This document shows, piece by piece, positions 31,170 through 41,300 of a stretch of 64,000 nt of DNA (positions within the stretch are counted from its first letter, which is position 1; each line of letters begins with the position of its first letter). Source of the DNA: a virus; IMG/VR virus record IMGVR_UViG_2840468577_000004; one strand, 5' to 3'. The notes beneath the pieces are model-generated. The model saw only the letters and a program-made list of their open reading frames with translations, was not told where the DNA came from and searched no databases. Position numbers and translations under genes: made by a program.

Positions 31170-32264
31170 TTATGCTCTTTTCAGATAATCGCTATGGCAG
31201 TATCCCGTTACGTTTCCGCAGGCAACATACAGCCATTTTGCACCTGTCCCCTTTTCTTTGTTGTAATATCCGTAACAATGTACTTTGCCACCCTCTGCGA
31301 TAGTTCCATAGTCCGCTTTTGTTTTTCCTGCTCCTGCTCTCATGTGCAATTTGTCCGCTGTAACAACATATGCACCCGCCAGCGTCTTATCAAAACACAA
31401 CGCTGATTCTGGTTTCTGCGTCTGCTTTAATCCACTGCTGCCGCTTGTGCTGGTACTGTTGTTTTTGCTGTTGGCGGTATATGTATAATACTTATTGTTT
31501 GTATTCGATGTATAAGCATAGCCGCAAGATGCGCCCGCCCATACAATCTTATACCAGCCATTTGCCAACACCTCCAGCACTTCTACTTTTGTGCCCGCTT
31601 TAATCGAACTGTATACAGTATTGCTCTTTACTTCTGCTACGCTTCTGATGTTCATATCGCATTTTGCAACCGCTGTACCAATTCCTTTGCCAGAATAGTT
31701 GTTATTTCCGGCGTACCCGCCAATCCCGGCTTTTGCAAGCGTCTGTGCTGCGTATGTTCCATTTGTCAGCCCGCATACGGTGTGTGAGCTTTCTTTTACA
31801 TAGATTGCACCTCTTACACAGTAATTTTCATTTTTCAGAAATGCACTGTCTGTAATGATTTTGTAGCCCGCAGCCTTTAATGCGTTACGCATGGTTGCTG
31901 TAGTCCACCCATTACTGCCATGCGTTACGCCTGCTGCGCCAGATGCAACGGCGCACACGTTCTGGAACTCGCTACAGTCCGTATTGCACAGCCCTACTTT
32001 TGACAAATCATAATTTACTTTCTTTGCCTCTGTGTTCAGCGTGTTTCTATCGCCCTGTCCGTATCCGATATTGTTATTTGCACAGCCTGCCTCTACCGCT
32101 TTTGCGTGCTTCTCTCTTACGTTTGCGTCCGGGTGGATTGCCATAAAATCCCATGGTTTACTATAAAAGTTTCTTACACATACCTCTTTTCCCGTCTGAT
32201 CTCCCTTTTTTCCGTTAATAGTTCCGTTCTCGCTGATGCTTGCGTGTCCAATCAATACGCTCAT
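31170..32264 (-). CDS. Endolysin (Cys/His peptidase-like domain plus two SH3b-like domains)
   Basis: IGHASISENG...GDQTGKEV, TDCSEF, SHT; MNIRS...GWYKI and LHMRAGAG...WLYV repeats; follows holin-like genes. Confidence 0.8.
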   Translation of the reverse strand: MSVLIGHASISENGTINGKKGDQTGKEVCVRNFYSKPWDFMAIHPDANVREKHAKAVEAGCANNNIGYGQGDRNTLNTEAKKVNYDLSKVGLCNTDCSEFQNVCAVASGAAGVTHGSNGWTTATMRNALKAAGYKIITDSAFLKNENYCVRGAIYVKESSHTVCGLTNGTYAAQTLAKAGIGGYAGNNNYSGKGIGTAVAKCDMNIRSVAEVKSNTVYSSIKAGTKVEVLEVLANGWYKIVWAGASCGYAYTSNTNNKYYTYTANSKNNSTSTSGSSGLKQTQKPESALCFDKTLAGAYVVTADKLHMRAGAGKTKADYGTIAEGGKVHCYGYYNKEKGTGAKWLYVACGNVTGYCHSDYLKRA

Positions 32265-32285
32265 ATAGTTTTATCCTCATTCTTT

Positions 32286-32636
32286 CTATTCAGCGTCTTT
32301 TGTGATTCCTGCCAGTAGTTCCCTTATCTTTTGTACAGTTTCCATGATTTGCTTATAAAGGTTGTCATATCCAAACATTGCCGCATAGCATACCAAAAAG
32401 CCCAGCGCAATAGCTGCTACCCAGTAATACCACAACATTGCAATATTAAAATACTGTGCAAATGCTGCTGCGGTAATCAATGTAGAGGCAATGGCTACAA
32501 TCATTACCCACACCTGCACCGGGAACTTGTCCCACGCAACAACCTTTTTTGTGATTGCCACAATAATATTTACCCACAGTGTCAAAACCATTACAGCAAT
32601 CAATGCTGCCGCTACATAAAAAAGTACTTTTTCCAT
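32286..32636 (-). CDS. Holin-like membrane protein
   Basis: Three TM, AAMFGYDNL, immediately upstream of the endolysin. Confidence 0.7.
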   Translation of the reverse strand: MEKVLFYVAAALIAVMVLTLWVNIIVAITKKVVAWDKFPVQVWVMIVAIASTLITAAAFAQYFNIAMLWYYWVAAIALGFLVCYAAMFGYDNLYKQIMETVQKIRELLAGITKDAE

Positions 32637-32641
32637 TTTCT

Positions 32642-32980
32642 CTATTCCTTTCCGTTTTCTTTTTCTTCTGTGTCATTCATGCCACCCATTAACTGCGGGT
32701 ACTCCTGCGTTATCTTGTCATAAAGAAGCAACCCACCCAACAAAAGCGGTACGCCCCACCATATAATTGCCGTCATAATGGAAATAATAAATACAACCGT
32801 TATGTACAAGCTGAATGGTTCGTTTTCATCTTCTATCGGATATTCCGGGTATAATTCCTGTTCCTTGGCATCTGCCTTTGCTGCCCACGTAAAAAAAGCA
32901 AATAAACCAATAAAAGTAATGATTGCACCTATAAGGTACACAATTCCTATAACTCTGATATTTTCCATGATAAAGCCCAT
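32642..32980 (-). CDS. Phage membrane protein
   Basis: Two hydrophobic segments, lysis module. Confidence 0.6.
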   Translation of the reverse strand: MGFIMENIRVIGIVYLIGAIITFIGLFAFFTWAAKADAKEQELYPEYPIEDENEPFSLYITVVFIISIMTAIIWWGVPLLLGGLLLYDKITQEYPQLMGGMNDTEEKENGKE

Positions 32981-32989
32981 ATTACCACC

Positions 32990-33313
32990 TTACCCCTCTG
33001 CGTTATCGTCTGTTTCTTCCTGCGGCGTTTGCTTACTGGTAACAATCTTGCAGGCGTTTTCTATTCCTGCTTTAATCAGATATCCACCAACAACTACCCG
33101 GAATGTTTCGTTTGATTCTGTAATCAGTGTTGTTATTGCCGCTGTGTTTCCTATGAACTGTAGCTCTCGCCAACATAAAACCATTGCGAACACAAACGAC
33201 ACAATGTATAAGAGTGTTACCGTCCACACCACTTTTTTACTGAACTCCCACAGCCAGCTTACCGCCGCCTGTGGTGTCACTCTTCTACGCCGCTTTCTCC
33301 TGCGATATGTCAT
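32990..33313 (-). CDS. Phage membrane protein
   Basis: Arg-rich N-terminus, EFSKK, TM, YLIKAGIEN. Confidence 0.6.
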   Translation of the reverse strand: MTYRRRKRRRRVTPQAAVSWLWEFSKKVVWTVTLLYIVSFVFAMVLCWRELQFIGNTAAITTLITESNETFRVVVGGYLIKAGIENACKIVTSKQTPQEETDDNAEG

Positions 33314-33319
33314 TTACTG

Positions 33320-33676
33320 CTAATGTATCCTTTCTGTTTCTAAATTACCGTCTGATAATGGCAGTTGCATAAATCTTTCATGCATTGCGTGTGCTACATC
33401 ATTGCCGCCCAGCTTTTCATAGGCTTTATATGCTGATGTTTCAGCCTGCTTTGCCCATGCCGGGGCTTCTTTGCGTTCCTCATACTTTAGGCAAATATCT
33501 ATGATTTGCTGCCGCAAAAGTGCCTGCAATCCCTCACGCACTGCCTTGTTTTCTTCTCTTTCTTCCTTATGCTGCTGTTTCTCTTTTTTATAAAGTGCAA
33601 TAAGAATTGCATACGCTCCGGCAAATAACCATGCTACCCAGTTTGCCGTAATGTAAGTTGTTACCTGTTCTACCAT
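33320..33676 (-). CDS. Holin-associated phage protein
   Basis: One TM, GLQALLR...AYEKLGGN motif. Confidence 0.65.
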   Translation of the reverse strand: MVEQVTTYITANWVAWLFAGAYAILIALYKKEKQQHKEEREENKAVREGLQALLRQQIIDICLKYEERKEAPAWAKQAETSAYKAYEKLGGNDVAHAMHERFMQLPLSDGNLETERIH

Positions 33677-33692
33677 TTTCTCTGTGTTTCTC

Positions 33693-33842
33693 CTATGCCT
33701 CGTATTTTTCGCCTGTAATCTGCTCGTACTGTTCCTCTGTAATCCCTCTGCCCTTTACCTTACGCTCAATGCGTACCCAGCCTTTTAATGTTGCCTTTGT
33801 GATATAGCCTTTATCGTATTTCTTTTTCAGTTCTTCGTACAT
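33693..33842 (-). CDS. XkdX-family small protein (49 aa; not in the ORF track)
   Basis: MYEELKKKYDKGYITK...ITEEQYEQITGEKYEA. Confidence 0.75.
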   Translation of the reverse strand: MYEELKKKYDKGYITKATLKGWVRIERKVKGRGITEEQYEQITGEKYEA

Positions 33843-33857
33843 GTCTGTGCCGCCTTT

Positions 33858-34163
33858 CTACTGCTCCATTAACATTTCAAGTGTGATCTGCGTTTCTGTC
33901 TGCTGCATCTGCAATGCAGAAATTTCCTGCATGATTGCCTCTGTAGTTGGGCTTAATAATTCTGCCTGCTGGCTCTCATACTCTTCTTTATCCTGCGTAC
34001 ATTCTTCATATACCCACTTTTCGCCTGCCTTGCTTTCCTCATTTTCGTTGCTCATTGGTACTCTTTCAATATTGCGCCTCTTATATACAAGGTGCGGGCT
34101 GCTTGTTATATCCAGCTCTTTCGGTTTTTCTTCTGCGGTGCTTTCTGCTGCGTACCATTCCAT
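33858..34163 (-). CDS. Acidic phage protein preceding XkdX
   Basis: 101 aa, AAGGAG RBS, overlaps the RT 3' end. Confidence 0.7.
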   Translation of the reverse strand: MEWYAAESTAEEKPKELDITSSPHLVYKRRNIERVPMSNENEESKAGEKWVYEECTQDKEEYESQQAELLSPTTEAIMQEISALQMQQTETQITLEMLMEQ

Positions 34164-35292
34164 TGCGTATGTTCTCCTTTCTTGCGTGCTTTGAAACCAG
34201 CGTTTTTAGCACTTTCACTTTTACATATGGTTTTATGTATCTTTCGTAATATGCGTAAGTGTCACTATGCCAAATCCAGCCCAGCCTAGAAAGTAAACTA
34301 CCTGCATCTACCCACGTAATCTTTTCTTTTCGCTTTACCCGGTTGACCTTGCCACGTATGCCCTGTAATATGCTCTTTCGTATCGTTGTTCTATCTCTAT
34401 AAAATTTGAACCCCATAAAGTCCAGTGGTCTGCCTCTGCGCTTGCCTTTTCTGTCTACATAGTCAAAACGGAATACCTGCCAGTTTTTCTTTATTTGTAA
34501 TCCCAGCTCTTCCGTTATAAATTTCTCAATTTGCAGCCTCGCTTTATGCAGTTCCTTTTTATTGTTTCCGAATATAACCATATCGTCCATATACCGTATG
34601 TAATGCTTTACATGTAACTGCTCCATGATAAAGTGATCTAGTGGCTGCAAATAAAAATTACCGAACCACTGTGACGGGTAATAGCCCAATGGCAGCCCCG
34701 GTTTATGGCTGTCTATGATAATAAATAATTTCTTTAGCAACTCCCTATCTCTGATTTTCCGTTTTAGTGCTTTCTTTAATCTTCTGTGCGGCACACTCTC
34801 AAAGAAATGCCGTATATCCAGCTTATATATGTACTTGCAGTTTCTGCTATCCTCTCTTATCCACCGTTCTACGGTTCTTTTTCCTCTGTGTACACCTTTT
34901 CCCGGTATACTCCCGTACACATGGTAATACATTCCCCTCATTGCAATCGGCACAAATACCCGCATTACGGAATGGTGCGCCATTTGCTCATACATATATT
35001 GTGGCTTTACTATCTTTCGTGTTTTCTTACAAGAATTTTCCTGTATGATTTTTGTTTTATGTCTTTTCGGTGCAAATGTATTGTTCTTTAATCTTTTATC
35101 CAGTTCTTTTCTGTAGTGTTCTACATTCGCTTTTACTATCTGCGCCTGTTCTTTCTTACTCTTTCCTTTTGATGCATTGTATATATCTTTTATTTGTTCC
35201 TCTGGTATATACAGTTGTTCGCTTACGCCATTAAAACTAATCATTCTTATTCTCTTTCTTATCGCCTTGCAGTAATTCGCCACGCTATACAA
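34081..35292 (-). CDS. DGR reverse transcriptase
   Basis: LDIRHFF, LPLGYYPSQWFGNFYL (DGR-type SQ motif), RYMDD, DFMGF; adjacent to TR; alternative start at 35244. Confidence 0.95.
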   Translation of the reverse strand: MYSVANYCKAIRKRIRMISFNGVSEQLYIPEEQIKDIYNASKGKSKKEQAQIVKANVEHYRKELDKRLKNNTFAPKRHKTKIIQENSCKKTRKIVKPQYMYEQMAHHSVMRVFVPIAMRGMYYHVYGSIPGKGVHRGKRTVERWIREDSRNCKYIYKLDIRHFFESVPHRRLKKALKRKIRDRELLKKLFIIIDSHKPGLPLGYYPSQWFGNFYLQPLDHFIMEQLHVKHYIRYMDDMVIFGNNKKELHKARLQIEKFITEELGLQIKKNWQVFRFDYVDRKGKRRGRPLDFMGFKFYRDRTTIRKSILQGIRGKVNRVKRKEKITWVDAGSLLSRLGWIWHSDTYAYYERYIKPYVKVKVLKTLVSKHARKENIRNGMVRSRKHRRRKTERAGYNKQPAPCI

Positions 35293-35416
35293 CTAAGGGT
35301 TTCGCCCCGGCTACCATACTGCACCTTTTGCGGCTGTATTTTCACTTTCAGCGGTATTTCAACCGCCAGCGGTGTAGGAATTTCCGGGGCATTTGGTTAA
35401 TCTTCCATAATTTGAT

Positions 35417-35531
35417 AAGAATGACCGGGCGCAATGTTCCAGTTCGCATTGCCAGCGGTGTTGTTCAAGTTCACGTAAGCCCCGCAATTCAGCCCGTTGT
35501 TGCAGTTGCCGCCCACAAGAGGCACAGCCAC
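35417..35531 (-). repeat. DGR template repeat (TR)
   Basis: 115 nt, non-coding, ten AAY codons; differs from both VRs only at its adenines, apart from one insertion in VR2. Confidence 0.95.
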
Positions 35532-35591
35532 GCCCCGGAAATCCCCTATTATATTCTCTCTACCGTTATATTTTCGTATGTTGTACTTTCC

Positions 35592-35621
35592 TGCGGGGGA
35601 AAAATCCCCCGTTCCCCCTTT
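35592..35621 (-). promoter_or_regulatory. DGR target-recognition hairpin after VR1
   Basis: CGGGGGA-AAAA-TCCCCCG stem-loop within a 30-nt block identical to 59910-59939. Confidence 0.85.
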
Positions 35622-35627
35622 TGCTGC

Positions 35628-36905
35628 TTACGCAGCGTTAGGCATTTTGCAAGAAAGACCGGGCGCAATGATCCAGTTCGCACCGCCAGCGGTGTTGCCC
35701 AAGTCCACGCAAGCCCCGCAACACAGCCCGCGGTTGCAGCTGCCGCCCACAAGAGGCACAGCCACAATGCCCGTATTCAACCAAAAGTAATCACACAAAT
35801 ATGTTGAGCTGCTACCTGTATATGTTACCGGGAAACGTCCCGCTTTCGTCATAACAGTATCTTTCATGTAACCACCAACACTACCGCTTACTCCGTAATC
35901 TGCAAAATCCAGTACTTTTTCAAATCCTGCGCCAGTTAAATTGCAATCCCCATACGGCTGCACTTTCACAACACCTTTATCGCATACCATTTGACAGATA
36001 CGCTCCCACTGATCGCCCCACATTGCCTCTGTATGGAATACCTTAATCTGCTTGTTTCCGGCATTATATCCGTAAAACTGCCCTTTATCGTCCATACTGC
36101 CTGAGGCAAGTACTCCGTAATACTTCGTTGAATCATTCACATAACCGCTCATATTTCCATTGCCGTATGCTTCTTGTAAATCCTCTGTTTTTGCCATAAT
36201 CTTTAACAGTGCAATAATATAATTCCATTCCCACCAGCTTGTATGCTCCCATACATCGCCGTTTGCTTTAATGTATGTACGTTCCTGCGTTGCATTTTTG
36301 CTTGCCATTGGCTGCTGCCCGCTTAAAGACCTTGCCACGTTGCTTAATAATGTAGGTGTATAGATTCTGCGGTAAAATCCCTCTCTGATAATTCCGTCTG
36401 GTGCAGTTCTGTGGTATGCGTTGTACCCGTCATCATATTTTACATTGCTCCAAATGATATATTCGTCTGTAGCTGTTTCGTACTGGCACAGCCAGCCGCC
36501 CATAAATGCTGCCATTGCATTACCTGCATAATCCACGTTTGCCGCATCACTTGCCGTTGTACCGTCTGCCTTTAATGCGTAATTTGTTGCCAGTAACTTG
36601 TAGTCCTCTGTGCCGTCAAATTTAACCATGCAAGGGTAGTTATTCTTTACAAATTCAACATTGCCCCAGCTACCATAGTTAAATGTGCCGTCCGTATAAT
36701 TCATTGCCGCAGGTGTCATGCCTACAGCATCATATAAGTATGTTACCCGGCTCTTTTTTCCGCTGTCGCTCTTATTGATTTTGATACCATAGCGTACCGC
36801 TTTTTTATGTTCCCCGCCGCTTTCCTCTAATGCAGCCAGAATTGCGTTTGTATTTGCGTGTGTACTGTCCAATGTTTCTTTATCTGCTAAATAAATTCTT
36901 GCCAT
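35628..36905 (-). CDS. DGR target protein 1 (putative receptor-binding protein, C-terminal CLec-like VR)
   Basis: Tail-module position after BppU; 3' end is VR1. Confidence 0.88.
   Translation of the reverse strand: MARIYLADKETLDSTHANTNAILAALEESGGEHKKAVRYGIKINKSDSGKKSRVTYLYDAVGMTPAAMNYTDGTFNYGSWGNVEFVKNNYPCMVKFDGTEDYKLLATNYALKADGTTASDAANVDYAGNAMAAFMGGWLCQYETATDEYIIWSNVKYDDGYNAYHRTAPDGIIREGFYRRIYTPTLLSNVARSLSGQQPMASKNATQERTYIKANGDVWEHTSWWEWNYIIALLKIMAKTEDLQEAYGNGNMSGYVNDSTKYYGVLASGSMDDKGQFYGYNAGNKQIKVFHTEAMWGDQWERICQMVCDKGVVKVQPYGDCNLTGAGFEKVLDFADYGVSGSVGGYMKDTVMTKAGRFPVTYTGSSSTYLCDYFWLNTGIVAVPLVGGSCNRGLCCGACVDLGNTAGGANWIIAPGLSCKMPNAA
35651..35765 (-). repeat. DGR variable repeat VR1
   Basis: 13 mismatches to TR by manual alignment, all at TR adenines. 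Confidence 0.95.
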
Positions 36906-36915
36906 GCTCTGCTCC

Positions 36916-37917
36916 TTATACTGATTCTAAATACACCATGCCGCCATTAATCCCTATTGTGTAGGTAATGCCCGTTGTGCCGTCCGTCATGCTGTTAATT
37001 CCCTTTGCCATATTCTCACAGGCTGCCGCCGCTTTATTTGCCGCTGCGGCTGCATTATTGGCGGCGGCTGCCTTTGTGTTCGCCTCGCTGGTTGCTGTCT
37101 GTGCGTTCTGTGTTGCTGTTACTGTATTGGCTTTGGCTTCATTTGCCGCCGATGCTGCATCATTCGCTGCCTTAGCTGCGCTGTTCCCGGCTGCGGCTGC
37201 TGCATTTCCTGCTTTCGCCGCATTGTTGGCGGCTGTAGCGGCTTCGTTGGCTGCATTTGCTGCACTGTTGGCTGCTCCTGCTGCCGCTGTCGCATCTTTC
37301 TTTGTCTTGTCTACGCTGTTTGCCGCCGCATTTGCTGCCTCTGCTGCATCGTTTGCCGCCTTGGCTGCATTGTTCCCGGCTGCGGCTGCTGCATTTCCGG
37401 CTTTCGCTGCGCTGTTTGCTGCTGCCGCTGCTGTATTGGCATCTGTTGCAGCCTGTTCTGCGCTCTTGGTTGCATTTATCGCCTTATCAGTCTGCTTATT
37501 CATCGCAATAATGCTTTCTGCCATATCCAGAAACTCATTATCGCTTATCAGCCCGTTTTCCTTGTACACCGTTGGCGTAATCTTCGTGTAATACGTTGCG
37601 CTTCGTAATACGGCTGTTCCGTTGTATAAAACAATTTCCCCACGCCCAGTGCCGGAAACCGCCAGCATCTGCTCTGTATATGTCACTGTAATAACATTTC
37701 CGCTTATTGTGGCATTGTTTAATACAAATTTGCCGTCCGGCTTGTAATACTTGATTTTGGCTGTTGTCCCGGCTGGTATGGTAAACTCTTTCTTATTCTC
37801 CAATAGTGTAACTTCTACTATCCGGCTTTCTTTTTCCCCAGCTTTCGCCACGACATACTCAAAAGGTGCGCTGCCGTCAAGCTCAATCTGTATTCTCTGT
37901 ACATTCTGTAACGCCAT
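36916..37917 (-). CDS. Baseplate upper protein (BppU-like) with Ala/Asn-rich repeat stalk
   Basis: N-terminal AKAGEKESR...YYKPDGK; heptad-like AANxAA repeats. Confidence 0.8.
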   Translation of the reverse strand: MALQNVQRIQIELDGSAPFEYVVAKAGEKESRIVEVTLLENKKEFTIPAGTTAKIKYYKPDGKFVLNNATISGNVITVTYTEQMLAVSGTGRGEIVLYNGTAVLRSATYYTKITPTVYKENGLISDNEFLDMAESIIAMNKQTDKAINATKSAEQAATDANTAAAAANSAAKAGNAAAAAGNNAAKAANDAAEAANAAANSVDKTKKDATAAAGAANSAANAANEAATAANNAAKAGNAAAAAGNSAAKAANDAASAANEAKANTVTATQNAQTATSEANTKAAAANNAAAAANKAAAACENMAKGINSMTDGTTGITYTIGINGGMVYLESV

Positions 37918-37920
37918 GTG

Positions 37921-38187
37921 CTACTCCTTTCTGCTCAATGCATTAAGCAAATCCTTATTTGCACAGCCCCTGATATCCGCAAGTACTGCCGTTACAATCA
38001 GATCTGTTAAATATGCTGGCAGTCCATAGGCTGCCTGTACTTGTAAAATTGCTAATGTCATATCTTCATGCGCTCGGCTTGTAAGTATTCCCATTGGCTC
38101 ACTCTGTTCCTCTTTTGGTTCATCTGGTAACGGCTGCTCTATATGTTCCTCTGTTGCCTGCTGCATTTCTTCCTGTTCTTTGCTCAT
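37921..38187 (-). CDS. Small phage tail-region protein
   Basis: ATG 38187 after AAGGAG. Confidence 0.6.
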   Translation of the reverse strand: MSKEQEEMQQATEEHIEQPLPDEPKEEQSEPMGILTSRAHEDMTLAILQVQAAYGLPAYLTDLIVTAVLADIRGCANKDLLNALSRKE

Positions 38188-38200
38188 TGCGCACTCTCCT

Positions 38201-38356
38201 TTATTCTTCATTCATTGCAATCAATACTGCCTCTGTAAAATTAAATGTATCCGTCTTTGCTTTGTTTTCCTCTTCCTGTAATGGTGCTGGTGCTTTATTT
38301 AATTCAAGCGGCAACGGTGTTGCCTCTTCTGTAATTTCAACCTGTTCTTTTTCCAT
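38201..38356 (-). CDS. Small phage tail-region protein (51 aa)
   Basis: ATG 38356 after AAGGAG; fills the gap after Tal. Confidence 0.5.
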   Translation of the reverse strand: MEKEQVEITEEATPLPLELNKAPAPLQEEENKAKTDTFNFTEAVLIAMNEE

Positions 38357-38367
38357 GTCCTGCTCCT

Positions 38368-41300
38368 TTATTGTGGAATACTTGTTATTAAGCCATTCTT
38401 TATATACACGTTTCCATATGTCCAACCAATACCGCCGTTATTGTCTGTTTTATGTATTTCCAATACAACTGGTAATGTCCCTGTAAAAGTTGTATAACCA
38501 TTTGCGCTACAGTTCCGCAGGTCTACATTGTCCAGTATCCAGCCATGCCCATACATATTGCACCCCAGATGTAAGCCCACTTGTGTAAATATGCTGTTCG
38601 CCCTCGAATAACATAATATGGTTGTATAACTGCTTGCCCCCTCTGTAGGTTTTTGTGCCCATGCCATATACTTTCCTTGCGTTTCTAAATCAAATACAAG
38701 CCCTTTATGTGCATTATTATCTACCCACTGGTTTGTGCCAATTTTTCCAACATAATAATTATCTCGGTAAAAATGGTTTCCCTGTTCATCAAATACAGCA
38801 CGTTTTTTAGAGGCACTTACACCATAATCATAAATTGCAATTTCTCCTGCGTTAATCTGCACATATTTTGAGCTGTTATTAAATGCAACAATGACATTGT
38901 TGTAGTACTGTGTAATATAGCTACCTACATTTCCTTTTGTTACGCAGCTTGTGATATTTTCAGCATTTACTTTAATAGAGGCTCTTAATTCGTCCTCTAT
39001 CCCTTTTGCTCTTTTAACTTCCTGCGTAATAGAATCACTGTTTATTTTTAACTGTGCCTCTGTATATACCGACATCTGCCCCAGCACTTCTACATCTTTT
39101 ACATATACCGCTGCCCCTTGCGTATAGGCATACAAATATAAATACCTTGTGCTGGTGCTTTCTGGTAATGTTACCTCTCTTTCTACGGTTGTCCATTCTG
39201 TGCTTTTCAGTAATCCGTATGCCGTTGTCTGTGTGGAATAAAAAGTACACTGTACTCTTGCGTTGCTTTCGCTCCCGCTTGCCGCTGCTGCCTTATACCG
39301 CACTCTATACGTTCCGGCTGGCAATACGCCAATCTTGCACCGTATGTATGATGGTGTGCTGGAAGTTTTTGAGATCTTGGCGCATACCCCCAGCGTGCTA
39401 TCCGTAATAACCTCATTATTTTCACTGCTCGTATACCATTCATCTGTAAAACCGTCCTTGAAATCTCCACCTGCTACATAATTGTGCATGTTATGCTCTT
39501 CAATAGTTTTGCATAGCAATGTAATTTCTGATGCTGTGCTTTCAATTTTTGCCGTCATTTCCTTTGTGACGGTTTCGCCCACACTGTTTGCTTTCTCTGC
39601 TGCATAGGCATTTGCTGCTGCCTCTATTGCAATAGAAACGGCTGTTTGATACTCCGTAACCGCACTGCCATACTCGCTGTATGCTGTTCGGTATGTTTCC
39701 ATGTTTTTTTCAATCTCTTCTTTTGTTTCAGAATTTATAACGTTGTTGATTGCTGTAACCAGCACATTATATTTGGCAGTATTGGCAGTTCCAAATACAG
39801 TAAGCCACGCTTTATGCATTGCATTCAATTCCGCAGACGGCACATAATCATTATCAAATAACTCTTCGTGTTTTGCGTCTGCCTCTTCTTTTTCTTTCAC
39901 AATGATCTGCAACATTTTCTGTATGGCAGCCTTTTCAGATTCCGTTATTATCCCGTCTGCTACTGTTGTTTCCAGTTCATTGTTGATATCGTCAATAGCG
40001 TTATTTACGTCTTGAATTTCTTTGTTGGTACTTTCTTGTAACCCATTCGCATACTGCTTTGCGCTGTTTAATGCTGCCTCTGCTGCATCTGTTGCGTGTT
40101 TAGTTACTTTGTTCCTGTACTCAACATCTAACGCCTCTGCATACACTGTCCCAGCTTTTAATATTGCCCCGGTTAATTCCCCGGCGGTAATAAAATCTGC
40201 TACTATCTGACCGTCTGCGGTTATTGCTGTCGTGAACTCTCCATTTACTCCCGTACTGCTGTGCCCCAGTCCGGCAAGATTCCAACGCCATACGTTTTTA
40301 GCTTTTGACGTATCCGGCGTATCAAGTATAAATATTTCCTGTGGGTTCTTTTCCGGGTGTAATACCACATAACCACCGCTGTTGCCAGTGATTGCCGCAG
40401 TCACATTTTTAATGGTGTTCTCAATCTGCTTTTTGATTTGCTCCGCTCTTGTCTGGTTCTTTACTATCAGCTCCTGCGCCTCTTTCTGTGCCGCAGTAAT
40501 GGTTTTAGTCAGATTCGTGCGGGCTGCTCCAATTTCAAGCGATTCGTAACGTTCTTTTATGCTGTCATATTTTACTTTCGTAATCTTTGCTTTTACGTTG
40601 ATATCAAGCGGCAAGATTTTAACCGTAACAATATCGCACAGCTTTACACTCTCAAAAGCCTTTATATTTTTATAATCTTTGGTTTTCTTCAACGATGCAA
40701 AAGACAAGGTAATATTTACTTTTGGCTCTATACTTAATTTGCCCAAATACTCTTTTGCCTTTGCTCGCAGCATGTCAGTAGTAATTATTGTTCCGCTTTC
40801 CCATTCCCCGGAAAAGTCTACAATCTCACACCGCAGCGTTGCATATTTGTTTGCATTCTCATGCTGTAATACCTTTTCCGGCAATGTTATGTATGTTTTC
40901 TGCTCCGCTCCCTCTGCGGTATATTTCGCATATGGGAAAATTACCGTTACAACATCTGCAATATTCTTTTCCTGCTTTGCATCTATCAGATTCTTGCCGT
41001 ACTCAATCGTTACGCCATTGTCTACGCCCCTTGCTTTTAAAAGCTCTACTCTGTAATTGTCGTAGTGATATTCTCCACCCCATACGTCCAATAAGCTGCC
41101 CTCTGTGCCGCCCATAGCGTTTCTGACGCTTACAGCCCCGTCTATACTGGTGCTGTTGGTTGTGGTAATATCACTTGCACAGGTAAACTCATGCGGCAAT
41201 ATCGCTGCGTCCAGCAACTCATGTAATGCCCGTTCTCCGTTTACCTCACTTACTGTAAAACAGTCTACCGGGTTGCCGTTCAGTTCATAACTGATATGTT

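Noticed and set aside
34081..35292. RT as a retron or group II intron enzyme
   Set aside because: SQ motif and adenine-specific TR/VR pairs identify a DGR; no maturase or intron ends
35549..35767. 72-aa ORF over VR1 as a possible avd
   Set aside because: Alternative frame of VR1 and the hairpin; no RBS and no Avd-like character
36968..37591. Long Ala-rich plus-strand ORF and tandem-like repeats
   Set aside because: Antisense shadow of the BppU Ala/Asn stalk; coding repeats with no spacers, so not CRISPR
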